Positions 1-9,039 of a DNA stretch of 64,000 nt are shown here, piece by piece. A model generated the notes under the pieces. It worked only from the letters and a program-made list of their open reading frames with translations, made no database searches and was not told the DNA's origin. The position numbers and the translations under genes are program-made. The stretch covers positions 1,376 through 65,375 of the forward strand of contig CAVVHY010000044.1 in NCBI GenBank assembly GCA_963748135.1, given 5' to 3'. Position 1 is the first letter of the stretch. The number at the start of each line of letters is the position of its first letter. This stretch comes from an uncultured Gammaproteobacteria bacterium (GTDB lineage: Bacteria > Pseudomonadota > Gammaproteobacteria > JBGSLN01).

Positions 1-124
1 TGAAGACTGGAAATTTTGCACGACTTAATCGTTTTGTGAACACTTTATTCCCTCGCTTATCGGCACCATGTATTTGAAAAACATTTTTTGCTAAATCGAT
101 ACCAATTGTAGTAACATTTTTCAT
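1..124 (-). mobile_element. IS110-family transposase gene, 5' part only (continues past the left edge)
   Basis: Not in the ORF track (too short). Reverse-strand ATG at 124-122 with AGGAG upstream. Translation is MKNVTTIGIDLAKNVFQIHGADKRGNKVFTKRLSRAKFPVF. IGIDLAK..F is the N-terminal DEDD signature of IS110/IS1111 transposases. Confidence 0.7.
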
Positions 125-212
125 AACTCGTCTCCTTTCATTATTTAACTAAAAAATACTTAGTTTGGCACATTTGATGCCGTTCTTAAAAGGGGGCGAG
201 TCCATACCATTA

Positions 213-368
213 TCCCGAGCGCAGCCGAGGGACCCCCTGAAGGATTGCAGAGAATTTCAAAAAACGACTTTTACTTTTTCTTGTTCTGATGCACTTAGAA
301 AGACTCTGCCATTTTGCAGGGGGTCCCTCGGCTGCGCTCGGGATGACAACGCTGCGCTCGGGATGACA
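213..368. repeat. palindromic REP/MITE-like element
   Basis: 27-bp perfect inverted arms, TCCCGAGCGCAGCCGAGGGACCCCCTG (213-239) and its complement (317-343), with a 77-bp spacer. The right-arm end GCTGCGCTCGGGATGACA is tandemly duplicated (331-348, 351-368). Track ORF 165..398 is only a translation of this repeat. Confidence 0.85.
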
Positions 369-659
369 CTTTTTTATAGTTTTTTATTTCGTCGATGAAA
401 ATGAGCAAATCCCTCAGTCCTTGGGAGAGAGGGGAAGGTGAGGGGGGGGGCTAAATAAACACAAACGAGCGATACAAGCACTATATAAAATAAATCCTGC
501 AGATCTAATCAACGCCAGACGTCTGCAACTCCAATCTTCACATCTGATATAACAACCGAATTAAACAAGAAACTTGTCCTTTAAACACAAGGTGTTATCG
601 CTAAGTTTTCCATACAATTAAAACTCAAGCATTGTAATTACTAGTAAGGGAAGCCATTC

Positions 660-3626
660 ATGTTTAATAACAACTCCGATCAAGAGTCTGACTCATTATG
701 GCTGAAAGAAAGATGGTTTCGCATTGTTTGTAAGGATCAATTAGCAGCACTAAATGATTCATTACAAGCTGTGATGGTTAAGCAATATAAAAGAGACGTA
801 GTTCTACGTGACAAAGATATACCAAACAGCAGTGAAAGCGAGGTGCCAAGTAATAGTGAAAGCGAGGTGCCAAGTAGCAGTGAAAATATTGCATTCAAGT
901 TTAAAGACAAGGATGGAATGCAACAAATTTATCTTTTTAGAAATACTAACAAGCAAAAAAATAGTGTTGTCAAGAAAAAAGTAAAGTCTGAATTCACATT
1001 GATAATGAAGCAGTTAGCCAATGCCTCTGGGAATAAAGACAAGGATGAAGAAGGGCAAGCCGATCTTTTTTGCAATACTGATAAGGAGAATCATCGTGAT
1101 TTAAAGGGAGAAATAAACTTAAAAATTAAATTGATCGTTGAGCAGATAATCAATGCCGCCTATAATTGTTATGTAAACTCAACTAAGCTAGATTTGTTTG
1201 GAATTGATAAGAAATATCACAAGTTAGCTAAGAAATTTTATGAAGATATACAGAAAAAATTGAACTATCTCGATTTTAGTGGTCAAAATATATTACCAAC
1301 TACCATCGAAGAAAATAATGAGAAACTAAAAGAAGAACTAAATAACGAGCCAGATAAAGCGCTAAATGAAGAATCAAATAAACAAAACAATCGCAGCACT
1401 ATAAGAGAAACTGCTGAATTGCCAGCGACAATAAACTTTCCTAAAAATGATCCTAAACCTCTAAAAAATAAAATAAAACTAGACAAGCTGAATTCAGTAT
1501 ACACCGCTAAAGGAATTGGTGGACGATCAATACAAGAAGCTTATTGTGAAATAGTTAAAGTTAGTTTGTATCGTATTCATGATGCTGCAAAATTTTTATA
1601 TCAATTGTATATGGCTTTAGGCATGAAAATGCTTAAACATTCATCTCATGGGACAACTCATGCAACAGTATATGTAACACATCGTGACATTTATGTCGCT
1701 AATATTGGTGATAGCTCAGTTTTTTTGGTTACACAGGAAAAAATCCAACAATTAAATATACATCATAATACAAAAAATAATAAGGAAAAAATTCGTGTTG
1801 AAGAAGAAGGTAGTAAGTTATGTGGTATTGATGGGCTGTTGAAGTTGGATGGTGAGTTGGCGGTAACACGTAGCTATGGTGATCGTAAATATCCAGGTGT
1901 TTCTTTCACTCCGACTATTACATCAACCAAAAAGCCAACCACTGATGGTACTTATGTGGTTTTATGCAATCGCGGTATTACAGATTACTTGTCTGCTTCT
2001 GAGATTCAAAACATCATTTCTAAAGTTTCTACGGGAAAAAATATTGCTGAGAAGGTTAGAGAAGCAGCTTATAATGCGGCCAAAGAGAAAGCCAAAACTC
2101 TATATGATGTGGATAATATGGTCGTAGTTGTTGCGCCAGTAAATACTATCGGATTATATGCTGTCTTTGATGGTCATCATAGTCCTTCTGCCCATCCGGA
2201 ACCTAATGTTGCCGAGTTATGCAAAAAGAGTTTGGCAGAGACAGTTAAGGAAGTAATCACAAATCAGGATGCTACGATAACTCCAAACGCTAAGGTTGTT
2301 AAGAGTGTTTCGCTGACAGATGCTGGACCTGAAATAGAATTTTGGCCGGTTGCATACGAACAAGTTGAGGAAGAAAAACAAGTTGAAGAATACCAACAAC
2401 TTGAGGAAAACAAACAAGTTGAGAAAGATGAAAAAGTTGAGGAAAACACTTCTGAAAATAATCCACAACTTCTTAGCGATCAACCGGCAGAGGTTGATGA
2501 TGATAATGACAGTGAACCTGAAAGCGAGACGGAGGATGATGACATCCTCTCTGATTGGAATGACCAAGGCTCGAGCACTGGTCATCATGGCAGTGCTAGT
2601 CAACCTGATAGTGACAGACGTAATAATTTTTTTGGCTTGAACTTCCAAGCCAGAAGTACCGAGGATGAACCAGCTGATGTTCTAGAACTAGAGGAAACGA
2701 ATCCAGAACCTACTAAAGTAAATTTAGCTATTACTTCTTTAATTGAAAACTGGTTCGGTGTTGATAATCATCCAGGTTATGGAAATACTAAATGGTATGA
2801 TGTGGTAAGACCATACATCTTTTGTGAAATCGATAAGGCACTTATTTTATATAAACATATTATGGTGGATCAAGAAAATCCCGAGGCAAGCCCTGAATGT
2901 AGCCAGCAGGTTGCAACGAATCAATTTCAAGCTGATTTTCAGCATCCATTGGATAGCTTTTTTCAAAATAAGCACCAAGAATATGATGCTGAATATCAAA
3001 ATCCAAATCTCATTTTCACCAGACTCCACTCCAAAATAAATAAATGGCTTAAACAACATCACTATTACTTGTCTAGCCGCATCCCTGGAAGGCATCGAAT
3101 TTATATGGCTGTTTTACGTTTTAAACGTGAATTGAACAAGACAATGAAAGCAAGAGAAATTGATACAAATAATGTTAGTAATTTTTTGACGAAATTATAT
3201 GAAAAATTATCTGAAATTCAAAAGACCAATGACAATGGCAATACCAAGGAAATGTTCGATTTAATGGCGCCAAACTGTGTATTTGATGAAGATGAAAATG
3301 ATAGTATGAGTATAAGTAATATTCGAAACCCACTGGCATTGTTTAATATACTTCAAAACGAGGCTATCCATGCTAACGCTTCTGAAAGTCAAAGTAAATA
3401 CAACTTAAGTTGTGGTTTATTCGGCAATAGAAGTCGTAAGAGCAAATGTCAAAGCTTTGATATACTATGTGATATCTTAGCTAAAACAAAGCTATTTCAA
3501 GAAGATGGAATGGATGATCTCACTACCAAGTATGGCTCTTATACATTAGAAAAGGCAGGGGATATGATTGAAGGAATACAGGTATCTGGACGTTTTACTA
3601 TATCTAAATCAGTATTTAGGATTTGA
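660..3626 (+). CDS. large effector-like protein with a central PP2C/PPM-like phosphatase domain (~1510-2190), a short tandem repeat and an acidic repeat region
   Basis: 988-aa ORF with AAGGGA upstream. PPM-like motifs: HGTTHATVYV..VANIGDSSVFLV (cf GDSR), LAVTRSYGDRKY (cf LAVSRAFGD), VVLCNRGITDYLS (cf DGLWD), VDNMVVVV (cf DNITVIVV). 24-nt direct repeat at 831-878 (SESEVPS x2). QVEE-type acidic repeats at ~2355-2450. Confidence 0.65.
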   Translation: MFNNNSDQESDSLWLKERWFRIVCKDQLAALNDSLQAVMVKQYKRDVVLRDKDIPNSSESEVPSNSESEVPSSSENIAFKFKDKDGMQQIYLFRNTNKQKNSVVKKKVKSEFTLIMKQLANASGNKDKDEEGQADLFCNTDKENHRDLKGEINLKIKLIVEQIINAAYNCYVNSTKLDLFGIDKKYHKLAKKFYEDIQKKLNYLDFSGQNILPTTIEENNEKLKEELNNEPDKALNEESNKQNNRSTIRETAELPATINFPKNDPKPLKNKIKLDKLNSVYTAKGIGGRSIQEAYCEIVKVSLYRIHDAAKFLYQLYMALGMKMLKHSSHGTTHATVYVTHRDIYVANIGDSSVFLVTQEKIQQLNIHHNTKNNKEKIRVEEEGSKLCGIDGLLKLDGELAVTRSYGDRKYPGVSFTPTITSTKKPTTDGTYVVLCNRGITDYLSASEIQNIISKVSTGKNIAEKVREAAYNAAKEKAKTLYDVDNMVVVVAPVNTIGLYAVFDGHHSPSAHPEPNVAELCKKSLAETVKEVITNQDATITPNAKVVKSVSLTDAGPEIEFWPVAYEQVEEEKQVEEYQQLEENKQVEKDEKVEENTSENNPQLLSDQPAEVDDDNDSEPESETEDDDILSDWNDQGSSTGHHGSASQPDSDRRNNFFGLNFQARSTEDEPADVLELEETNPEPTKVNLAITSLIENWFGVDNHPGYGNTKWYDVVRPYIFCEIDKALILYKHIMVDQENPEASPECSQQVATNQFQADFQHPLDSFFQNKHQEYDAEYQNPNLIFTRLHSKINKWLKQHHYYLSSRIPGRHRIYMAVLRFKRELNKTMKAREIDTNNVSNFLTKLYEKLSEIQKTNDNGNTKEMFDLMAPNCVFDEDENDSMSISNIRNPLALFNILQNEAIHANASESQSKYNLSCGLFGNRSRKSKCQSFDILCDILAKTKLFQEDGMDDLTTKYGSYTLEKAGDMIEGIQVSGRFTISKSVFRI

Positions 3627-3678
3627 ATAAGAGACTAATCAGCATCACGCTAAGCTAAACACAATTTACAACTTATTT

Positions 3679-4977
3679 TCACGGCAGGTGCCGCCCATGG
3701 GTCTCGGGGATATAGATACTCATGATGACACCGATGATCAAGGTGATCGGTACGATAGCCAAACCAATTTGATAATCATGCACAGTAAACGCTGGGATAC
3801 CATCGGTCATGTTGCCAATCCACACCATGTCAATGATGTAACCAATTAAAGGTTGGAAGATGGCGGCGCCCATGGTGACGATAAAATTACAAGCGGCCGT
3901 CGCAGTTCCGGTTGCCCTGGGTGGGCAAATCTCTTTGGCGATGGCAAAGACAAGGATTTGAGTCCCAACGGCAAAGCCCAATAAAAATAACAGTATGAAT
4001 AAAACGATGTCTGGGATAAAGGTACAGTAAAGAATGATGATGGTAATGGTGGCCATTAGTGCCATCCCAACTTGTAAGGGTAATTTACGCCGTTTCAATC
4101 TATCCGAGACATAACCCGCTACTGGTCCTCCGAATGCAGTACCCAAAAATATTAATGAGATACTAGATGCGGCGGTGTGATGCGATAAATCATAGCCATA
4201 GATATTAAAAGCAACGCCCCAGAGTGAGGCAAATGCGGTAATCGGTAAGAATGCAATGGCACCAACAATACCTGTTATCCAAAACCGACCACTTTTGACG
4301 ATCAATACCAATTGTGTCCAGGCATGGCTCCAAGTCTTTGCCTCTTGCGGAATGACTTTATGTTTTGGGTTTTGGCCATGGACAAATACGACAACTAATA
4401 ATGTAATCACAATGCCGAAAGCAGCAGAGATATATAAAGCATTTTGCCAACCAAAATCGATGACGAATTTTGATAACACAATATCGGCAGTCATGGCACC
4501 CAGAGTGCCTAAGCCGGTGGCCAAGCCAGCAAAAAAACCAAATTTTTCATGTGATAGCCATAGCGCGCCTAACTTTAACGTCCCCACAAAGGCAAATGCA
4601 GAACCAAAACCCATCAAAAAACGACCCAAGAAGCCAACAAAAAGATTAGGCACTAAGGCCGAAATATAGGTGCCGATAACACAGAGCACAACGGCGATGG
4701 TTAATACGATGCGTGGGCGATATCGGTCCAATAATAAACCAGCAGGGATTTGTAATGGGGTATAGGCATAATAATAAAAGGCAGACAGAAAGCCGATTTC
4801 GGTAGCGCCAACATGATAAGCCGCCATAAGATCGTGGATCATCACACTCGGTGCAACCCGCAACAAGAAGTCATAGCAATAAAAGAGGGCGGCAATAATA
4901 CAGATAACCCACGGCAAAATGGTGATTGAAAAATAGGATTGTTGTTTCTTTGGCTGTTGATACCGTTTTATCTTCAT
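3679..4977 (-). CDS. MFS transporter
   Basis: 432-aa ORF, hydrophobic throughout (about 12 helices). Loop motif GLLLDRYRPR matches the MFS GxLaDRxGRR signature. Confidence 0.85.
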   Translation of the reverse strand: MKIKRYQQPKKQQSYFSITILPWVICIIAALFYCYDFLLRVAPSVMIHDLMAAYHVGATEIGFLSAFYYYAYTPLQIPAGLLLDRYRPRIVLTIAVVLCVIGTYISALVPNLFVGFLGRFLMGFGSAFAFVGTLKLGALWLSHEKFGFFAGLATGLGTLGAMTADIVLSKFVIDFGWQNALYISAAFGIVITLLVVVFVHGQNPKHKVIPQEAKTWSHAWTQLVLIVKSGRFWITGIVGAIAFLPITAFASLWGVAFNIYGYDLSHHTAASSISLIFLGTAFGGPVAGYVSDRLKRRKLPLQVGMALMATITIIILYCTFIPDIVLFILLFLLGFAVGTQILVFAIAKEICPPRATGTATAACNFIVTMGAAIFQPLIGYIIDMVWIGNMTDGIPAFTVHDYQIGLAIVPITLIIGVIMSIYIPETHGRHLP

Positions 4978-5050
4978 ATAGCTACATCCATCTGTAACCT
5001 TATAATTATTTAACAGTTAGTATAATGCCAGCTATGGTGAGAATTGCAAT

Positions 5051-5117
5051 GCCAAACTTGGGGGAGTGCCAAGCTTGGTGGGGGCCAAACTTGGTAAGGT
5101 GCTAAACTTGGGGGAGA
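5051..5117. repeat. four tandem 16-17-bp repeats (GCCAAACTTGGKGRRGT) upstream of the MFS gene
   Basis: Units at 5051-5067, 5068-5083, 5084-5100 and 5101-5117. Followed by hairpin CCCGGACTTGATCCGGG and a G6 tract. Confidence 0.8.
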
Positions 5118-5462
5118 GCTGGGCATGTCCCGGACTTGATCCGGGATGAGGGGGGTCTAATAAAACAACTCCACTCAAAATTATTACAAAGAAACGTTTG
5201 AATAGCCAACACAGGCAATTAAAATTTCACTATAAAACATACCGATATATTTGTTTTGCTATCGCTTTTAACTGCTGCTCTTTATCTGGCCAGAAAATTA
5301 ATTTATATCAGCATAATGATTTCTTAAGCTTTTTTCGCTACACTCGAGCCTCAATAATAAATAACTAAACCTGGGTCGGCAGTTAAAAGCAACTACCAAC
5401 ACTTAATTGTCTGAAGCTAGGTTAAAAAATAGTTTTAAAAACAATAATAATAAGGAAAAACT

Positions 5463-6005
5463 ATGCCAGTCCCCCCCCAAGGCGTGGCCTACAGTTTGTT
5501 GGCTTCGCTCATGCCGAATTTGGCAGCTCACGATTATCCACCCGTAAGTGATGATTACTATCAAAAGATATGTGCGCAAATCTTGGAGTTTGCTAGCAAT
5601 ATGAATTTTGCTGAGCTCCAAGTTCTCACAGAACATTTTGATACTGCGGCTAACGGCGCAATACATCATGGAAAAGATATTAAATATTTGTGTATGGCAG
5701 CTCATTTTTATAGGTTGGCTATAGAAAACTATATGCAAGCCTTAAATCCTGATCATAAATTTGCTACATTTGAACTGGATTTTATTCGAAGCGCAAATAC
5801 TTATATCACCGCCGTTGGTGATGAACAAATCGTAAATTTACACCGAGAAAATATAACCCAATTAATGCAAAGTTTTCCGAAACTTTCACAGAGTTGGCGA
5901 CAAATTGGTGAACTAGTTTATGACTTTAACACCAAGGCCAAAATTGCTAGTGGGCCTTGCCAAAACGATGTTACCTTGATCCAAAATCAAAGTTTGTCTG
6001 TTTAA
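5463..6005 (+). CDS. hypothetical protein
   Basis: 180-aa ORF with AAGGAAAAA 5 nt upstream of the ATG and non-repetitive composition. Its 3' end overlaps the convergent 5971..7203 ORF by 35 nt. No recognisable motif. Confidence 0.5.
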   Translation: MPVPPQGVAYSLLASLMPNLAAHDYPPVSDDYYQKICAQILEFASNMNFAELQVLTEHFDTAANGAIHHGKDIKYLCMAAHFYRLAIENYMQALNPDHKFATFELDFIRSANTYITAVGDEQIVNLHRENITQLMQSFPKLSQSWRQIGELVYDFNTKAKIASGPCQNDVTLIQNQSLSV

Positions 6006-7454
6006 GGGTGACAGCAGGCTCTTGAGTCGTGTCGGGAACAACTTCAGAATTTTCTGGTTGTTCTCGACAGGCTCTTTTGCTATCGGGCTCACTAGTTTTG
6101 ACATCCTCATCGGCCGCTTGAAATAAGGCGGCTAAATTCCTTGCTTGACTAGCACTTGGAGGAGTCGCTGGTGGTCGGTTTCTTTGGTCAGGCCGATGAG
6201 GTGTTGACGGAAAATTATTTAAGGCAGCAAATGGATCGGTCGAATGAGACGTTTGCGATTCACCTTGATCAGCAAGTGGATCAACCCAAGCAGGCATGGG
6301 TGATGTTTGTGTCATCGATGTGGTCGTTGATGTTTGACTATCAAATGGTCGTTTGGGTGCTCTAGGCGCCCTAGGAGTGTTACAACCTTGCGGGCGTGAA
6401 TATACAGGTGCAGGTGTAGCTGGTGTAGCTGGTAGTGCTAATTGCGTCATGTTAGCCGATCTCGAATTGAATTTTACATTAGGTGGTTCAAAACTTGTTT
6501 TTATGGCCAATGTCGGTTCTGAACTTAAATTTAAGCGAGTTAGTACATAAGCACATAATTCTTTTGCCACTGTTTCGGGAACACTTAAATCAAGTTTGCG
6601 GGTTTTATTCATCTCTACTTCTTGTCCTTGCCAAGTGGTAGCAGAGACGGCGGAAAAAAATTCTTGCGTATGCCTTTGTATAGTTGCCTGCAGCCATTCC
6701 TTTTCATCATTTGATGCAAATAAAGTAACAACGCGTGTCAAGGCATCGAAGAAATATTGTTTAGCACCTTCGCTGACATTAGCAAACAAATTCTTTTCAG
6801 ACATAATACCTATTTCACGGGCAAGTGAATCGATATCGGTTGCCGCCATGCCGAAACTATCGCCAAAATCAATAGCCACAGGGTGAATCATCGCAGCATT
6901 GAGATGGTCTTTTGGTAATAAAATATTTTTGAAATTAACATCCAAGTTACCAAGGATAAGGGATAGTGCTTGGATAAGTGCAATTTTGGGTACACAGGAC
7001 TCAGGCACTTGATTTTTATAGACAAGCTTTTCAAGTTGTTGCTGATGCGGTATAAACGCAATTTTGACAATTTGATGTTGATTTTCAGAACCGCTTTGGA
7101 TGGTTTGTATTGAAATTTCGGGCACAATGATTTCAAGCGCATGTCTCAGCACGATATCGCGTAAACATTTTGCTACGACATACTCTGCCAAACTAGCAAA
7201 CAAGGTAGATTTTAATATTAATTTTCCAATGTCACCATTAGGGAGGCTAAGGTTGGGTGAGTATTGCCTAAAAGGTATCGGAAACCGAGGGATTTAGCTT
7301 CAGCGCGTGCTTGATATTTGTTAATTCGCTTATGGTTTCCTCAATCATCAGAAAAATCATGTTGAACCATGCCACGTGGTTTTGCTGGTAAGTTAGGGCG
7401 TAACATAAATTGCTCTTCTCTTTCGACATCATCCGTGAGTGTTGAGAAAGTCAT
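5971..7454 (-). pseudogene. decayed protein-kinase-like effector gene with a Pro-rich disordered C-terminus
   Basis: The 410-aa ORF (TTG at 7203) has a catalytic-loop-like LGNLDVNFKNILL and a DFG-like VAIDFGDSFG. Its frame stays open upstream to 7293 without an ATG. An ORF from ATG 7454 (MTFSTLTDDVEREEQF..) meets an in-frame TGA at 7341-7343. It continues in the same frame to a TAA at 7218-7220, overlapping the other open frame, so one nonsense codon plus one frameshift would rejoin them. The C-terminal third is PxxP-rich (PATPATPAP, RPPATPP). Confidence 0.4.
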
Positions 7455-7578
7455 TGCCTATGGCTTTCTATAATTTACTACTAAATGTCGTGCCTCGATT
7501 ATATTGTAGGCACAAGTACTAGTCAAACAAATTTGCTTATGGGCCTTACGTATTTCTTCGCAAGGTCGCTATTAATCA

Positions 7579-8781
7579 TTATGGATGTCTCTGTTGATAA
7601 ATTTCCGCACGCGTTTGTTGGCAATAGTTAGGTTCAAACAATTGCTCGCGTAGCTTTTCATAATCTTCTTCTATCATGGGTTCCCCACGATTAGTATAAT
7701 CACATCTGCGAGGGTATCGATTGAAATTCATCCCTAGGAATTGACTTTTAACGAAAGTCAGGTCATGGTAATAATCATCTTTAAATGGGAATAAATCAGT
7801 TAGCTCTTTTTGATGAAGGTTGAGTATTAGCATTTTGGCGGCTCGGGTCATATCATCTTCGTGGCCATTTATTGGTACAGGGAATTGGGAGTTGAAGCTA
7901 TATAACAGCCGAACCAGTCTTTCTGCTGCATTATCTAATACGGTCGTTGAAATAGGGTTAAGCTTGGTCAGCAAGGGTTTTTCTTTCGCTAAGAATATTC
8001 CTGCACAATAAATCATTGCCAAGGCCTTGACTAACGCGTTATTCACTTCAGTCATGGTTAAATTATCAAGGTTTTCAAATAGTTGGTTTAGCAAATTATC
8101 CAGTGAAGTTTGTAAACCATGAATATGTTGCCTCGTCAATTCAGAAGTCGTGCCCGTAATATGCTGTTGATAAAGGGAACGGAAAAAAGTAATAGGGATA
8201 CTAAAAAAATAATTACTCGTCGCTTGTGTTTGCTTTTTTTCATCATATATTTTAGCAACATTAGTTAATGCCTCAGCCGCCGCAGCCAAGAGTAATTTAG
8301 GCATAGCAGTAGCAAGGGTTGGATAGTATGTTTTTATGAATTTCATATCAAAGTGATCAAAGATAACTGTATCCTCGACGATATCACGAAAATTGTGTTC
8401 TATATTTTTGGCGGTGTCAGTTACAGCAGCTGTTTCAGCAAGTTTCTTGAGCCGTGCACAACGGATTAAATTAACTAGAAGGTGTAAGTCCCGGTAGATG
8501 TTTTTAGGTATATGGACCATTAAAGTTTGTAAGTCTTGGCTGACAGTATTGAACCGAGTTGCTATAAGATGACCTAAATCGTAGCTTGAGCGATTGGTAG
8601 CTTTGTAGAGATCGGGGTCGTGATAGTGATTGTATTCGAAAACATAGCCTATTGTTTTTGGGACAAGCAGCCATTTAGTCGCCTTCCATATATTGAATAG
8701 TTGGCTTAATTCTTCCGGATCTAGCTCGACTGCTAGATTTTCACAAGCTGTGATAGTAACCAGACTTTTGGCCTCAAGCAT
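7579..8781 (-). CDS. hypothetical protein, 402/407-aa paralog family (copy 1)
   Basis: Clear paralog of 36866..38089 (e.g. TGTTSELTRQH, YCAGIFLAKEKP, FFRSLYQ shared). Preferred start is the ATG at 8781 (MLEAKS, cf MLNAES in the paralog) with TAGGAG 8 nt upstream. The track start at 8787 is a TTG. Confidence 0.75.
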   Translation of the reverse strand: MLEAKSLVTITACENLAVELDPEELSQLFNIWKATKWLLVPKTIGYVFEYNHYHDPDLYKATNRSSYDLGHLIATRFNTVSQDLQTLMVHIPKNIYRDLHLLVNLIRCARLKKLAETAAVTDTAKNIEHNFRDIVEDTVIFDHFDMKFIKTYYPTLATAMPKLLLAAAAEALTNVAKIYDEKKQTQATSNYFFSIPITFFRSLYQQHITGTTSELTRQHIHGLQTSLDNLLNQLFENLDNLTMTEVNNALVKALAMIYCAGIFLAKEKPLLTKLNPISTTVLDNAAERLVRLLYSFNSQFPVPINGHEDDMTRAAKMLILNLHQKELTDLFPFKDDYYHDLTFVKSQFLGMNFNRYPRRCDYTNRGEPMIEEDYEKLREQLFEPNYCQQTRAEIYQQRHP

Positions 8782-9039
8782 ATGCAAAACTCCTAAAAAG
8801 TACCTCAGTATAGTGCTCTAAAAAATCGTGGATCAGTCCCACGACCTGAACAATATCAGCTCATAACGTCTTTGTCAATGTTTTGAGCAGGTTGGACTGT
8901 CATTTATGTGATATTTCAGGCGCTATTACCATCTCTATAACCCTCCGTACCACATTTAACTTGCATTGTGTTTACATCGATAGGAACATAATGACCACCA
9001 AACAATAATAATGAATTAAAATCACAGGGGATTTGTGCT

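Noticed and set aside
165-398. Track ORF of 77 aa.
   Set aside because: It is a read-through of the 27-bp-arm palindromic element. The peptide is internally mirror-like (PRDP...GSLGCARDD) and has no RBS.
5051-5117. Tandem repeats here, and at 31691-31739, as a CRISPR array.
   Set aside because: The units are 14-17 bp, imperfect, with no unique spacers of CRISPR size. No cas genes are present in the window.
5403-5738. 111-aa minus-strand ORF.
   Set aside because: Antisense to 5463..6005, which has the better RBS and composition. Neither has a motif, so only the plus-strand ORF is listed, at moderate confidence.
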